This document shows, piece by piece, positions 25,257-40,225 of a stretch of 64,000 bases of DNA (its first letter is position 1; every line of letters starts with the position of its first letter). The notes under the pieces were generated by a model. The model did no database searches. It worked only from the letters and a program-made list of their open reading frames with translations, and was not told the DNA's origin. The DNA comes from Balanoglossus misakiensis (taxonomy: Eukaryota > Animalia > Hemichordata), in the NCBI GenBank assembly GCA_040954595.2, contig CM082585.2, positions 4,551,358-4,615,357 of the forward strand, in the 5' to 3' direction. A program made the translations under genes and the position numbers.

Positions 25257-27354
25257 GAAGACATTTACATCAGGAGGCCATTTCCAACAACACATGAAAA
25301 TATATATAAGGTTCCAGAACAAGAAATTCCATTTCACTCTAAGAGTCTTTGAATCAAAAGTTTTCTGGTAATTATAAAACTCAGAATCCCCTTAAAGTGG
25401 GCAGCTCGTCTCACGCGCATGCGCGTAACTTCCCAGCAAATTTTCCGTTCGATGCATTCAAATAGTGGACTGCCTCCGCTTCCTTCCATATTTCATTCGC
25501 ACCGTATAAGTAGATTCTGGTTTTGTCCCTCCTTTTCCTTCAAGCTAGTGTCTTTTCACATCTCCGACACAGATTATGGTTGCCGCCATCTTGTGTGAGC
25601 ACTGCCTTATGGGATTGACTGTTCACTAAACGTCTGTAACCAGCGGCTACAGTTGGAACATGCGTGTGAGACGAGCTTCGCACTTTAAACTAAGCATATA
25701 TTTTCAGAAAGCTTAGATATAGAGGGGAACATTTTGGTTCTTCAGTGTGACAAGCAATATCAAATAACCTTCCTGGAACTAGGTATCCAACTTGAATTTG
25801 TGTGAATGCAAGCTGTTGTAACTGTAATACAAAGTGTGCCTGGGATGTTCTTCAACCGCTTCTGAGTTGTAAATAAACCCAGTGGTCTATCAATTTGCTC
25901 CCCAAAAAATCTAGATAAAAAATACTGTAATATTGTGTCAATCGCTGGGGCAAAGTTCAATAGCCTGGGGTGAAAACTGAACTCTCCAGGTGCTGCCAAA
26001 GACAGCGACCCTCTTCATCACACTTCGTTACTCGGAATAACATGAAAAACGTTTTTTGACACTCATGTATCATGTTACCTGTACATATGTAAAGGACCAG
26101 GAGATGCTGTCTTTAAAAAATCTAAGAAATTTCAAATCCTCTCCTTGCAACTGGACGTCTTATCCTTACAACCGAATGCCTTCTCGTGACCTAAACATCC
26201 ATTCCCATATAAATCCACACCATCTAGCTCCGAAAAGCATGGACCCTTAAAGAAGTGCAATCCCTGCTTTGGTGTTGAACACACGACATACTTGGCTAAT
26301 GTCACGTTAATTATAATACAATTATCACTGCTACTATGTGCTTGATAATAAACTGACATTGTTTTCGGTATTTCCACCAAAGATTGTTGATTAGAGACAG
26401 AAAATGTGTGATTTGGGGTTAAATATATTCAATCTGACTTTGAAGTATTCACTATGTATTCATCCATAGTGAGGAGGCCAGAAATGTACTTAAATTTCAT
26501 GTTCTACCAAGTGAATTAGGATGTTTATTGTTATCTCATTAACAGTTGAAACGAATGTGTATTTGGCCAGGGCTGAACTACTGGCAGAAGAATTGTTAAC
26601 TGTTCACTGTTTTTGATCAATTCTTACAAGTTTATTTTTGTGTTTTTGTTGTCAGGCCAATAAACAGTCGAAATTTGTTGAATTTTCGGAGTTAGCTTCC
26701 CGCCTCCTTCAATTTTTTTTTTTAAATCTGTAGTTCTGTATGAAAAAGATTTTGATTGATGTAGGCCCATAAGGAACCCAATTCATCCAAAACATAGACA
26801 TGTTTCCGACTACTCTAATTGTTTGTATTCTGATCTTTACGAGTGTCATTGTGTGGTTTTTGTTGGTCAATAAACAACTGAAACTGTCCAAATTTGGAAT
26901 GATCATGTTCGACCTTTGATCCGATTCTCCCCACTACAACATTCTATATACAGACTTTAAAAACTAAAAATGATTATAGAAATTGGATACATGAACATTT
27001 TTGAGGGTCAAAATCTCGCCCTCTGAGATATTAATGCCTTTATATTGGATAGATATACCAATACCAATTTCCATCGAAAATCTTCAAAACAAGTGAATAC
27101 TGAATACACGTGGAAAGTCTGACTTCGCTAGTGCTGAGACACATTTTGAAACCATCGTTTTTAATATTGTTTCAATGCTTGCAGTTGAGTTTGAAGTTTA
27201 CAGGTGCGGGCGGAGACGAAGTTGTTGTCCGTCTACGAGAAGTTGACAGGCCTGTCACGTACATGTCCCTGGATCACATCAACGAAAGCCCCTCTCAGCC
27301 CTTCCCGCCAGGTGGCGCCATTCACTGTCCTGATGACCTTTGACCCTAGTTAAA

Positions 27355-30300
27355 ATGGCGGAAGCTAACAAGCTGCAGACTAGATTGTGGCCGTGGACAA
27401 CTGGAAACCGAATGGACACCACACCAATTTGCAACCACTTGACAAGTGCTGGTATGTATCTTTTTCCACATATGTTCCTGCTGAGTTCGAAAGATAATGG
27501 TTTGCAGTAATTCGGTGACATTCGATCACTTTTTCGATAGTTCAATTAGTTGCTGCTGTTCCGTAGCTCTACCACTCCCCCCCCCCCAGAAAAAAAAAGA
27601 AACAACCTACAGCATCGGCGATCGTGAAAGAACACTAATTGTGACTAAAAAGCTATAGATCTCCCAACATTTGGATTTGGTTTAATGTTTGTACACACCA
27701 AATTACGCACATGTACATAAGCTTAAGACGATCATCGTCCTGTTAATATTCAACAAATGAATTTTGCAGGTTCTTTCTTGGATGTTTAATACAATGTGTA
27801 TGTCCTAAACCAGTGTGTGTGGCAAAAAACATGTAAACATAACATACCAGCAGACAAAATGTGAACGAATGTTCATGCCTTATTTTTCCAGAATGTTCAG
27901 AGGTGTGCAGACTGTACAGAAATTCAAATAAGTTACATGAACTTGGCCGGCTATTGGAAGCATTAAAAAGCAAACTTAGGCATAAAGTTGAAGCTGGTGC
28001 TGAATCCTTTGATGGTAAGTAACATAAGCATCAAGTCTTACTGTTACAATGGAGGTATATAGCTTAGACCTCCATATCACTCATCATTTAGTTTCTATCC
28101 TGCTGTTTCTTGTCTCTGCAAAGAAAGGTGGCGCATACGAAATAATTCTTTCCAATAATTCAGCCAACAGAGAATAAGATTTTTCTTACAAAAAAACGGA
28201 TGAAATATTGGCAGAAGTTGCATTTAAATCATGGAGAGAAAAAAAGCTTGTTGCTTTTTTCATGGGATATGGCATGGACCATTTTCATATATGGGTATGG
28301 TGTTTTAACAGTGTTGCAATAAATCTTGCTCTTCGAATATGTGTAAACCTAGCATGTCCTCATTCTGCACTTGGTCATTGATAATTTTGCCAAAACTGTA
28401 TAGTGCATATCATAAACCTTCTTGTAAGTAGCTACTTTGAGTGAAAAAGCACATCAATTTATCTCTAAAATAAAGATCACTCAATTTTGTGTGCTTAAGA
28501 AAAACTTTATGAAATCATTAATTTTTTCTATTTTCTTGATTTTCTAGAGTACAAGTAGTATTTATATTTACACATACAACATGGAGAAAACTAAAAAAAT
28601 TGTCATTTGTCTAAACACATACTTGAATAAAAATGTAGGTCAATTTACAGATGTTGCGGAAAAATACATATCCGAAGACTGAAAAGCAACAGAGACCACT
28701 GTTGACACACACAGAGAACACTAATTGCCACGAGGCCAACATTTGTAGTGGCAGTACCAAATCAAAATCACATTTCTCCTATACATCCTGTGTATATCCA
28801 AATGTAACGTAAAATAAATGACCATGATTACTATTGCGAACTGCATGCATGTCATTTTGCATACACACTGATGTTATACATTTGGATTTTTTCCCCTTTG
28901 AGACAATTTTCCTAACCTTTCCAGATGTTTGTTTCCATCCAACAGATGTGTCCCTGATAATTCACACCCTGGCACACTATGGCCATATTGAACTGAACCC
29001 ACAGGATGATGTCATCAGTGGAGATGTTGAACAAGAACTTGGGAGAGCACGGGTGCTGAACCTTGATGGCCAAACTGGACAGTGCCTGAGAGGATCAGTA
29101 ATTGAAGAGTGTAGTACCGATAGTCAACAAGAACACACAGAGGTCTACACAAGTGAAAGGACATATTCATCCAGTGAATGTGGGAAAACATTTACGCAAA
29201 CTGGAAATCTGAAGGTACACATGAGGATCCATACAAAGGAAAGACCATTTGTTTGCAGTGAATGTGGGAAAACGTTTACACAAAATGGACATCTGAAGAC
29301 ACACATGGGGATCCATACAAAGGAAAGACCATATTCATGCAGTAAATGTGGGAAAACGTTCACACAAAATGGAAATCTGAAGACACACATGGGGATCCAT
29401 ACAAAGGAAAGACCATATTCATGCAATAAATGTGGGAAAACGTTTACACAAAATGGAAATCTGAAGACACACATGGGGATCCATACAAAGGAAAGACCAT
29501 ATTCATGCAGTAAATGTGGGAAAACATTCACACAAAATGGAAATCTGAAGACACACATGGGGATCCATACAAAGGAAAGACCATATTCATGCAATAAATG
29601 TGGGAAAACGTTCACACAAAATGGAGATCTGAAGACACACATGGGGATCCATACAAAGGAAAGACCATATTCATGCAGTAAATGTGGGAAAACGTTCACA
29701 CAAAATGGAAATCTGAAGACACACATGGGGATCCATACAAAGGAAAGACCATATTCATGCAATAAATGTGGGAAAACGTTCACACAAAATGGAGATCTGA
29801 AGAGACACATGGGGATCCATACAAAGGAAAGACCATATTCATGCAGTAAATGTGGGAAAACGTTCACACAAAATGGAAATCTGAAGACACACATGGGGAT
29901 CCATACAAAGGAAAGACCATATTCATGCAATAAATGTGGGAAAACGTTCACACAAAATGGAGATCTGAAGACACACATGGGGATCCATACAAAGGGAAGA
30001 CCATATTCATGCAGTAAATGTGGGAAAACGTTTACACAAAATGGAAATCTGAAGACACACATGGGGATCCATACAAAGGAAAGACCATATTCATGCAGTA
30101 AATGTGGGAAAACGTTCACACAAAATGGAAATCTGAAGACACACATGGGGATCCATACAAAGGAAAGACCATATTCATGCAATAAATGTGGGAAAACGTT
30201 CACACAAAATGGAAATCTGAAGACACACATGGGGATCCATACAAAGGAAAGACCATATTCATGCAGTAAATGTGGGAAAACGTTCACACAAAATGGAAAT

Positions 30301-30501
30301 CTGAAGACACACATGGGGATCCATACAAAGGAAAGACCATATTCATGCAATAAATGTGGGAAAACGTTCACACAAAATGGAGATCTGAAGAGACACATGA
30401 GGATCCATACAAAGGAAAGACCCTATTCATGCAATAAATGTGGGAAAACGTTTACACGAAATGGAAATCTGAAGGTACACATGAGGATCCATACAAAGTA
30501 A
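27355..30501 (+). CDS. C2H2 zinc-finger gene, copy 5 (exons 27355-27451, 27892-28014, 28925-30501; 1 degenerate + 15 intact fingers)
   Basis: Conserved splice sites and phases; open spliced frame; array dominated by the QNG(N/D)LKT helix. Confidence 0.88.
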
Positions 30502-32870
30502 AGACCCTATTCATGCAATGTGGGAAAACATTTACGCGAACTGGACATCTAAAGGAACACATGAGGCACCAAACAAAAGAAAGACCATATTCATGCAATG
30601 AATGTGGGAAAACTTATACTCAGAGGGGCCGTCTGCAGGAAGATACAAGGATCCATACAAATCTAAGACCTTATCCTTGCAGAGCATGTGAGAAAAACAT
30701 TCAGAGTTTTAATCTAAAGAAACACAGAATGATCCATACAATTGAAAGTCTGTATTCATACAATGAATGTGAGAAAACATTCAATCAAATAGCCATCTAA
30801 AGGAACATACAAATGAAAGACCATATTCTTGAAATGCATGTGGGAAGACATTTACATCAGGAGGCCATTTCCAACAACACATGGAAATTTATATAAGGTT
30901 CCAGAACAAGAAATTCAATTTCACTGTAAGAGTCTTTGAATCAAAAGTTTTCTGGTAATTATAAAACTCAGAATCCCCTTAAAGCGGGCAGCTCGTCTCA
31001 CGCGCATGCACGTAACTTCCCAGGAAATTTTCCGTTCGATGCATTCAAATGGTGGACTGCCTCCGCTTTCTTCCATATTTCATTCGCACCATATAAGTAG
31101 ATTCTGGTTTTGTCCCTCCTTTTCACCCAAGCTAGTGTCTTTTCCCGATCTCCGACACAGATTATGGTCGCCGCCATCTTGTGTGAGCACTGCCTTATGG
31201 GATTGACTGTTCACTAAAGGTCTGTAACCAGCGGCTACAGTTGGAACATGCGTGTGAGACGAGCTACGCGCTTTAAACTAAGCATACATTTCAGAAAGCT
31301 TAGATATAGAGGGGAACATTTTGCTTACTTCAGTGTGACAAGCAATATAAATAACCTTCCTCAAACTGGATATCCAATTTGAATTTGTGTGAATGCAAGC
31401 TGTTGTAACTATAATACAAAGTGTGCCTGGGATGTTTTTCAGCCCCTTCTGAGTTGTAAATTAACCCTGTGGTCTATCAATTTGCTCCCACATAAATCTA
31501 GTTGAAAAAATACTGTAATCGTGTGTCAATCGCTGGGGTAAATTTCAATAGTCTGGGGTTTTTGACACTCATGTATCATGTTACCTGTACAAGTGTACAT
31601 ATGTGAAGGACCAGGACATGCTGTCTTTAAAAAATATGAGTAATTTCAAATCCTCTCCTTGCAACCTGACGTCTTATACTTACAACTGAATGCCTTCTTG
31701 TGACCTAAACATGATTCTTATATATATATCCACACCATCAAGCTCCAAAAACCATGGACCCACCCTAAAGAAGTGCGATCCCAGCTTTGGCGTTTAATAC
31801 ACGCAATACTTATGGCTAATGTCACGTTAATCATAATACCAGTATCATTGCTACTAAATTTTTGATAATACTAGTAAACTGTCATTGTTTTCGGTATTTC
31901 CACCAAAGATTGTTGATTAGAGACTGAAAATGTGTGATTTTGGCTTGAATATATTCAATCTGACTTTGTAGTATTTGCTATGTATTCATCCATAGTGAGT
32001 AGGCCAGAAATGTCTTTAAATTTCATGTTCTACCAAGTGAATTGGGATGTTTATTGTTATATCATTAACAGTTGAAACGAATGTGTATTTGGCCAGGGCT
32101 GAACTACTGGCAGAAGAATCATGGTTAACTGTTCACTGTTTTTGATCAATTCTTACAAGTGTATTTTTGTGTTTTTGTTGTCAGGCCAATAAACAGTCGA
32201 AATTTGTTGAATTTTTGGAGTTAGCTCCCCGCCTCCTTCAATTTCTTTTTTTAAATCTGTAGTTCTGTATGAAAAAGATTTTGATTGATGTAGACCCACA
32301 AGGAACCCAATTCATCCAAGACATGGACATGTTTCCAACTGCATGTACTCTTTGTTTGTATTCTGATCTTTATGAGTGTCATTGTGTGGTTTTTGTTGGT
32401 CAATAAACAACTGAAACTGTCCAAATTTTTGAATGACCTTTGATCTAATTCTCCCCACTACAACATTCTGTATACAGAGATTACAGACTTCAAAACTAAA
32501 AATGATTACGAATGGGATACATGAACATTTTGGAGGCTCAAAATCTCGCCCTCTGAGATATTAATGCCTTTATATTGGACAGATATACCAGTACCAAATT
32601 CCATCGCAAATCTTGAAAACAAGCAAATCTTGAAAACAAGTGAATACTGAATACACGTGGAAAGTCTGACTTCGCTAGTGCTGAGACACATTTTGAAACC
32701 ATCGTGTTTAATATTGTTTCAATGCTTGCAGTTGAGTTTGAAGTTTACTGGTGCGGGCGGAGACGAAGTTGTTGTCCGTCTACAAGAAGTTGACCGGCCT
32801 GTCCAACGAAAGCCCCTCTCAGCCCTTTCCGCCAGGTGGCGCTATTCACTGACCTTTGACCCTAGTTAAA

Positions 32871-35800
32871 ATGGCGGAAACTAACACGCTGCAGACTAGA
32901 TTGTGTCCGTGGACGACTGGAAACCGAATGGACGCCACACCAATTTGCAACCACTTGACAAGTGCTGGTATGTATCTTTGTCCACATCTGTTCCTGCTGA
33001 GTTCGAAAGATAATGGTTTGCAGTAACATCGGTGACATTCGATCACTTTTTTCGATAGTTCAATTAGTTGCTGCTGTTCCGTAGCTCTACCACTCCCCCC
33101 CCCCAAAAAAAAGAAAGAACCTACAGCAACGCCGATCGTGAAAGAACACTTATAATTATTGTGACAAAAAAGCTATAGATCTCCCAACATCATATGCAAT
33201 TGGAAGAACATTTGGATTTGGTTTAATGTTTGTACACACCAAATTACGCACATCAACCTGTTAATATTCAACAAATGAATTTTGCAGGTTCTTTCTTGGG
33301 TGTTACAATGTATGTCCTAAACCAGTGTGTGTGGCAAAAACATGTAAACATAACATACCAGCAGACAGAATGTGAATGAAATGTTCATGCCTTTTTTTCC
33401 AGAATGTTCAGAGGTGTGCAGACTGTACAGAAATTCAAATAAGTTACATGAACTTGGCAGGCTATTGGAAGCATTAAATAGCAAACTTAGGCATAAAGTT
33501 GAAGCTGGTGCTGAATCCTTTGATGGTAAGTAAGCATCAAGTCTTACTGTTACAATGGAGGTATATAGCTTAGAGCATAGACCCTAGAGAAAGAAGGACG
33601 CGCAACTCCAGGTTTTTCTTGAAACGATGTTCTTTTGCATACATTATTTAAGCAATAAAACACCCCCAGCCATGGTATATCACGAGATTTTGACCAGTTC
33701 ACGACATATACGCACGAGCGATAGCGAGTGCGTATATGGAGTTGAACTGGTCAAAATCGAGTGGTATACCATGGCTGGGGGTGTTTTATTGCTATTATAT
33801 TATGCCAGTATATTGAAACTTTGCATAAAACATTTTAAAAAGGCATTTTCTTTAACTATGATATATGACTGTGGTATATGGCTAATATATCACGGTCACG
33901 TGTCGTGTCTCGACCAATCAAATAGCGTGATTTACACCATCAATATACTGGTATAATATAATTCCGGATAATCCCCAATAATCCAATTTGCAAATGTATA
34001 AACTTACGCAAAGTCTCGCGTTTTGCGAGAAAAGACGAGAAAACTGCAACGTGGTTGAACTGCAGCGACCATTTATGGAACACATCTGGACAAGTTAAAC
34101 ACAAATTTGGCACTTCTGAGTCTGACAGCGTCCAAAACAAGCATCTTTTGTCTAACAGTTCTGGTATTTGACAAGGCTGTGAGCTAACCGTACCTAGGGC
34201 TTCCTGTCGTCGTCAACCATGAGAAACCAAGATGGCGGCCATAGCGCACACGTGAAAATCCACAAAGTTTGTTTACAAATTGTTTTCGTGAAATCTGTTT
34301 CATTGTTCACGCACTGCGAAATAAAATGCCCCTAAACCACAATTTTCGTCAACCATGAGAAACCAAGATGGCGGCCATAGCGCACACGTGAAAATCCACA
34401 AAGTTTGTTTACAAATTGTTTTCGTGAAATCATTGTTCACGCACTGCGAAATAAAATGCCCCTAAACCACAATTTTTGTTTCAATGCTTCACGCAAACAT
34501 AAAATTATTACGAAAAGTGTCAGCATTACCAAGAAGTATGAGTGCCCAGTCGGACATGCAAAAAACATGGATGATTTGTTTACAATTTTTAAATGGAGCC
34601 TGTGCCACTAGAAATGACCGTTCAACCGACAGACGAACACTAAACCATAATAAATAGCACAGAAAACGTAATACTTTTTGAATAGAAAAAAACGCAGTGG
34701 CTGCTGAAATATTGGAGTGCCAGTTTTGGTTACTGTCGCGCATCACAGAGTTGCTTTTATTTTTTTGGTGATATGTTAATGATATGCTAATGACATCGAT
34801 GCTTGCCAAAGTGGAGATTCATGCTTGCCACCGTCCTAGGTGTTAATTATATGCAAAAGAACATATGCTGGGGTTACACGTGAATAATTTTAAACCTGAG
34901 TTGATCGGATTTGTCGCTCTGTAAACATTCCGTATCAGCGACTTAGGAGAACGCTCGTTTACACGTCAATTTACAAGCTCTAAATTTAGTTCGGGTCAAG
35001 CGCCCTCAGCGGTATTCACTGGGCTAACTCAACTTAACCACAATCGCCAAAATGGCCGACGTAAACATCGCACAGCTGTTCTCCACGCTCTTGTTGTGTT
35101 CAATCAATCAATCGAGGCGCTTTCGGCGAAGATATTTACTATGAGAGAATTTTGACGGCCTAACCCCGTCTGATGTCGACATCCCACTCATTTTAAGATC
35201 AATGAGTCGCCGTCGGAGAAGACGACCAAGTTTACGTTTCCTTTTCCTGTGTCTCAGTTATTTTAATGCCTGCACCGCACCCGTGTATCGGTCGATATGG
35301 ACGAGAGAAATCAGAGATTGAAATCAGTAGTTTGACTTCGTCATCTGACCAATTGTTGCCGCGATCGCGGGAGCATCTTGCTTGAACGCTGTCCATCATG
35401 GTAATGACCGCGAGCCGGAAGACAAGATTTAGTGCGGTGTTTAGTTCGGCGATCGGGTCACACGTGTGAAGAGGTCATTGTTTAAGACGGCGCACCGTAC
35501 CTGAACCATCCCTCCGACTCTGCATTATTTTAATGCGGTGTTAGTCCGGAGTTGTCTGGTCACACGTCAAACTGACACCGGGTTAAATTTAACACTTTCA
35601 CTGCGAAGTTAATATATGCTAATGTATTCCTGTGCGTAGTTTCCTATGGTAAATTTAACTAATAAACAATGTTTTACTTTACCATCTCTATCTCTTGTAA
35701 TATGAAAGTATATGCAATGATATTTCCAGCAAGTATATTTTATAAGACAACCAACATAATAAAACTGAAAAATGGTCACATGACCATTAATTGGTCATGT

Positions 35801-38800
35801 GACACTGGTGGCCATAATGGATTTCTGTCGAAATATGGTAAAAACAACAGATATTGTAATATAAGTGACTGAAATACTGTATTTAATTCATTGTATCACA
35901 GCTGACAGATAAAAATAGTCAAAAACAACTTCCCCTGTATAAAAGGGAATAACAAGTGACTTTTGAGTTTATTAGTGAAAAGGTGAATGATTGAATTTGT
36001 AAATAAATAATAATAATAAAATAAATTAATTAAGTAATTTATTAAATACTCTACGTTTTAATGAATTGCAAGTTGAAGAAATCAAGGTTGGTAAATATGA
36101 ATATACACACATTTAAAAAAAATTCTTTAGCATAGTACTGTTTTGGCAATTCATTTCAAATGGATATAATACTCTGACAACATAGACTTCTGGCAAAGTC
36201 CCATCAAGATTTGCAAAGAAACCTACGCCTTCATTTAATTCAGTGAAGTAGGCATCTGGCGAAATCTTGACCGGAAGGGCAACTCATCAATTGCAGGGTT
36301 GTCAAAAAATTGTGCGGCGTACATATCAGTTTGCTCTGACAATGACATCAACTCAAACACATCACCAGGAAAGAACAGCTGAAAAAAGTCAACGGGTGCA
36401 AAGTCATCAGTGTCAACTAATAAACCTTAGCGACGATCGTATACAGACAACCAGTCCGGTGTGTAATTGTCATTTACGTCGTACAAAACCCACCGCGTGT
36501 CACCATCAACGTTACGACGTCTGAGAACATGGCAAAAACCCTCCCTCTCTCTGTCTCTACTCTGTTTTCTCCGTGTCTGGCTTCTATTTCTGGTTCTATG
36601 ATGTTGTTGTCCGTAATTTGGCTTCCGCTATCGCTATGATCGCTGTCACTATCCTGAAAGACTTGTTCAAGAACTTCGTCGGCATCAAACTTTGCCCATG
36701 TCGCCATTTTTAAATACCAAGTGAATGAAAAAATATGATCGGGGCGACCTAAAATCAGCTGTATAAGGAAACCCTTTGATGACAAAATCGACTTGATTGT
36801 TTACAATACATATGCGCATGCTCAATTAGGGTTGACCCCTGTCATACAAAATGAGTAAATAAGCAACGAACATAAAATAGAACAGACCAAGTAACGGACG
36901 CGATCTTGGCGCATTTATGCGCCTCCCGCATTCTGACTGCCGGCGCAGAAAACGCCCTCCCGCAGCGAAAGTGTTAATCCGGTGTCAGGTCCGGAGTAAA
37001 CAGGCACGTGTAACCCCCCCCCCTATAGTCATACCGATAATCCCCAAACCCTTTGATCTTTGCCGCAGTTGCGCGTCCTTCTTTCTCTAGGGTCTATGCT
37101 TAGAGTACAGGCAGTATTTATATTTACACATACAACATGGAGAAAACTAAAAAAAATGTCATTTGTCCAAACACATATTTGAATAAAAATGTAGGTCAAT
37201 TTACAGATGTTGCGGAAAAATACATATCCGAAGACTGAAAAGCAACAGAGACCACTTCACCTCAAATCGATAGTTGCCATGGAGCCCAACATACGTAGTG
37301 GCAGCACAGGGGGCTGCAAACATGAAAGTTATAAATGGCGAACGAAGTACGTTCCGTTCTGCAGTTTTCCCAACCTGTCTTATCATTTGCTAATCCAGAA
37401 TAAAAGCTATCAATTTCCCATTAATCATCTGCTAACGACTTAATCTGTGTGCCCCATCCAAGGATTAAGTTGATAAAGTAAACATTGGTCAGCGAGTACT
37501 GGGTATAACAAGAGTAAGGGAGGAAACTCGCTCAAGGCATGTCCACATTTTCGTACTTTTAAAAACATGCCCGCCAATTAAACAGTCATCATCAGTTTTG
37601 TTATGCTTAAAAATGTGTGCATTTCGCGCTTGTCGCGTGGAAATTGCTTTGTTTTCTCAAAAAACGTGACTGGATGTTCACTTGGCGATGTCCAGAGGTC
37701 GCCCGTAAACCTGGATACCACTTTTGACCTTTGACTGTTTATTTCAAAACCACGTGAGCATCAGGGGTAAACAAATTACCCATGCATAGCATGCAGTTGT
37801 GTTGTTTATGTTTGTTTCACCATGAACGTCCATGGTTTTGCAAGTTGCTGACTAAAATCAAAGTGGCAAACTTTCCATATAGGCCTACAAAAATTGTTCT
37901 CCGAAGGCAAAGATATAGAAAAAGGGCGTCTGTTTCCGCAGAAATGGGCCTACAAACGCTCGTAGCGGCATCTCAGCCTCAGACCCCAGACAAACGTCAT
38001 TGATTCTCTAACAACATGAACTGTGACGTTTTTTCCACGTCTTACAAGTTACGATGACCGGTGGACGGTCATCGAAACCATTCCCGCAGGCAAACAAATG
38101 TGCAGGCTCGCTTTAGGACCGGTAAACTTTTCAAATCCACCTTTCTCGTATTGATTTTACCCACCGATATTCTCATGGGCCACCAGTACATGCCCTTGTA
38201 ATTTCGTTTTACAAGAAAGTAACAGCGACGGACGGGCGAATCAGTGAAAAAAGTTCGGATTGATGTCGTAGAACAAGGGTAAATTCGGTAAATTTTAATT
38301 TGACCTGTTTTACCTCTTACAAGTGGCTATACGGGCCAGTTCATGTGATAACTCTATAAATATTGTAAAATCTGAATGTGCCGCGGAACATAAACAGATG
38401 CCGCGCCAGGCAACGCATTCGTAATTCTTCCTGTCCGGCTTCTGTGCATTATACATATTCATGTATTTAGCTTCTTGTTGATTTATGAATATATGAATAT
38501 TAAGTGGTACCCGGGTTTACGGGCAACCTCTGGGCATGCCTTGAGTGAATTTCCTCCCTTCCTCTTTTTTTACCCAGTGAGAACTGATCGATGTTTACTT
38601 TACCCACTAAATCCGTGGATGGGGCACACAGATTAAGTCGTTAGCAGGTGTGTTATGGGAAATGCGATAGCTTGTATTCTGGATTAGCAACTGATAAGAT
38701 AGGTGGAGGTAACACAGAAAAATAAAGAAGCACAAAAACTGTTCATCAAGTACTGTTTATTGGGGGAAAATGCAGGAACTCCGCCATTTATAACTTTCAT

Positions 38801-40225
38801 GTTTGCAGCCCCCTGTGGTGGCAGTACCAAATGCTATACATTTGTATATCCAAATGTAACGTAAAATAAATTACCATACTATTGCTAACTGCATGCATGT
38901 CATTTGCATACACACTGGTGTTATTAACTCAACAGATACATTTGGATTTTTTCCCCTTTGAGACAATTTTCCTTAACTTTCCAGATGTTTGTTTCCATCC
39001 AACAGATGTGTCCCTGATAATCCACACCCTGGCACACTTTGGCCATATTGAACTGAACCCACAGGATGATGTCATCAGTGGAGATGTTGAACGAGAACTT
39101 GGGAAAGCACGGGTGCTGAACCTTGATGGCCAAACTGGACAGTGCCTAAGAGGATCAGTAATTGAAGAGTGTAGTACCGATAGTCAGCAAGAACACACAG
39201 AGGTCTACACAAGTGAAAGGACATATTCATCCAGTGAATGTGGGAAAACATTTACGCAAACTGGAAATCTGAAGGTACACATGAGGATCCATACAAATGA
39301 AAGACCATTTGTTTGCAGTGAATGTGGGAAAACTTTTGCAGTAAATGGAAATCTGAAGGTACACATGAGGATCCATACCAATGAAAGACCATTTGTTTGC
39401 AGTGAATGTGGAAAAACTTTTGCAGTAAATGGAAATCTGAAGGTACACATGAGGATCCATACCAATGAAAGACCATTTGTTTGCAGTGAATGTGGGAAAA
39501 CTTTTGCAGTAAATGGAAATCTGAAGGTACACATGAGGATCCATACAAATGAAAGACCATATTCATGCAATCAATGTGGAAAAACATTTACACAAAATGG
39601 AGATCTGAAGAGACACATGAGGATCCATACCAATGAAAGACCATTTGTTTGCAGTGAATGTGGGAAAACGTTTACACAAAATGGAGATCTGAAGGTACAC
39701 ATGAGGATCCATACAAATGAAAGACCATTTGTTTGCTGTGAATGTGGGAAAACATTTACGCGAAAAGGACACCTAAAGAAACACATGAGGATCAATACAA
39801 AGGAAAGACCATATTCATGCAATGAATGTGGGAAAACGTTCACTCAGAGAAGCAATCTCAAAATGCATATGAGGATCCATACAAAGGAAAGACCATATTC
39901 ATGCAATCAATGTGGGAATACGTTCACACGAAATGGACATCTGAAGAAACACATGAGGATCCATACTAAGGAAAGACCATATTCATGCAATGAATGTGGG
40001 AAAACTTTTGCACTAAATGGAAATCTGAAGAGACACATGAGGATCCATACAAAGGAAAGACCATATTCATGCAATAAATGTGGGAAAGCGTTTATACAAA
40101 ATGGAGATCTGAAGAAGCACATGAGGATCCATACAAAGGAAAGACCATATTCATGCAATAAATGTGGGAAAGCGTTTACACAAAATGGACATCTAAAGAA
40201 ACACATGAGGATCCATACAAACTAA
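32871..40225 (+). CDS. C2H2 zinc-finger gene, copy 6 (exons 32871-32967, 33403-33525, 38985-40225; 1 degenerate + 11 fingers, one with H>N)
   Basis: Conserved splice sites and phases; intron 2 expanded by two large insertions. Confidence 0.85.
33645..33960. mobile_element. Asymmetric hairpin element, nested
   Basis: Palindrome AGCAATAAAACACCCCCAGCCATGG...CCATGGCTGGGGGTGTTTTATTGCT, then TATATTATGCCAGTATATTGA/TCAATATACTGGTATAATATA pair. Confidence 0.65.
34867..37023. mobile_element. Harbinger-like element, nested and interrupted by piggyBac
   Basis: TIR GGGGTTACACGTG/CACGTGTAACCCC; possible 3-bp TSD TAT; no empty site available to confirm. Confidence 0.5.
35593..36973 (-). mobile_element. Internally deleted piggyBac element with transposase N-terminal remnant
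   Basis: TTAA|CACTTTC(A/G)CTGCG TIR|TTAA. The minus strand reads MATWAKFDADEVLEQVFQDSDSD... and, in another frame, PVDFFQLFFPGDVFELM..QTDMYAAQ, typical of piggyBac transposase N-termini. Confidence 0.8.
37305..38817. mobile_element. 1.5-kb non-autonomous element, CA...TG termini, 7-bp TSD (P-superfamily-like)
   Basis: TIR CACAGGGGGCTGCAAACATGAAAGTTATAAATGGCG with long imperfect internal extension; TSD GTGGCAG; empty site at 2036. Confidence 0.88.

Larger units (their letters stand above)
33576..37098. mobile_element. 3.5-kb composite P-superfamily-like element with nested insertions
   Basis: Perfect 32-bp TIR CATAGACCCTAGAGAAAGAAGGACGCGCAACT; 7-bp TSD CTTAGAG; empty site at 8619; internal 136-bp tandem duplication 34211-34476. 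Confidence 0.88.

Noticed and set aside
34060-34140. Possible THAP remnant (CSDHL...DSVQ) in the P-like element
   Set aside because: Too short and degenerate to support without a profile search.
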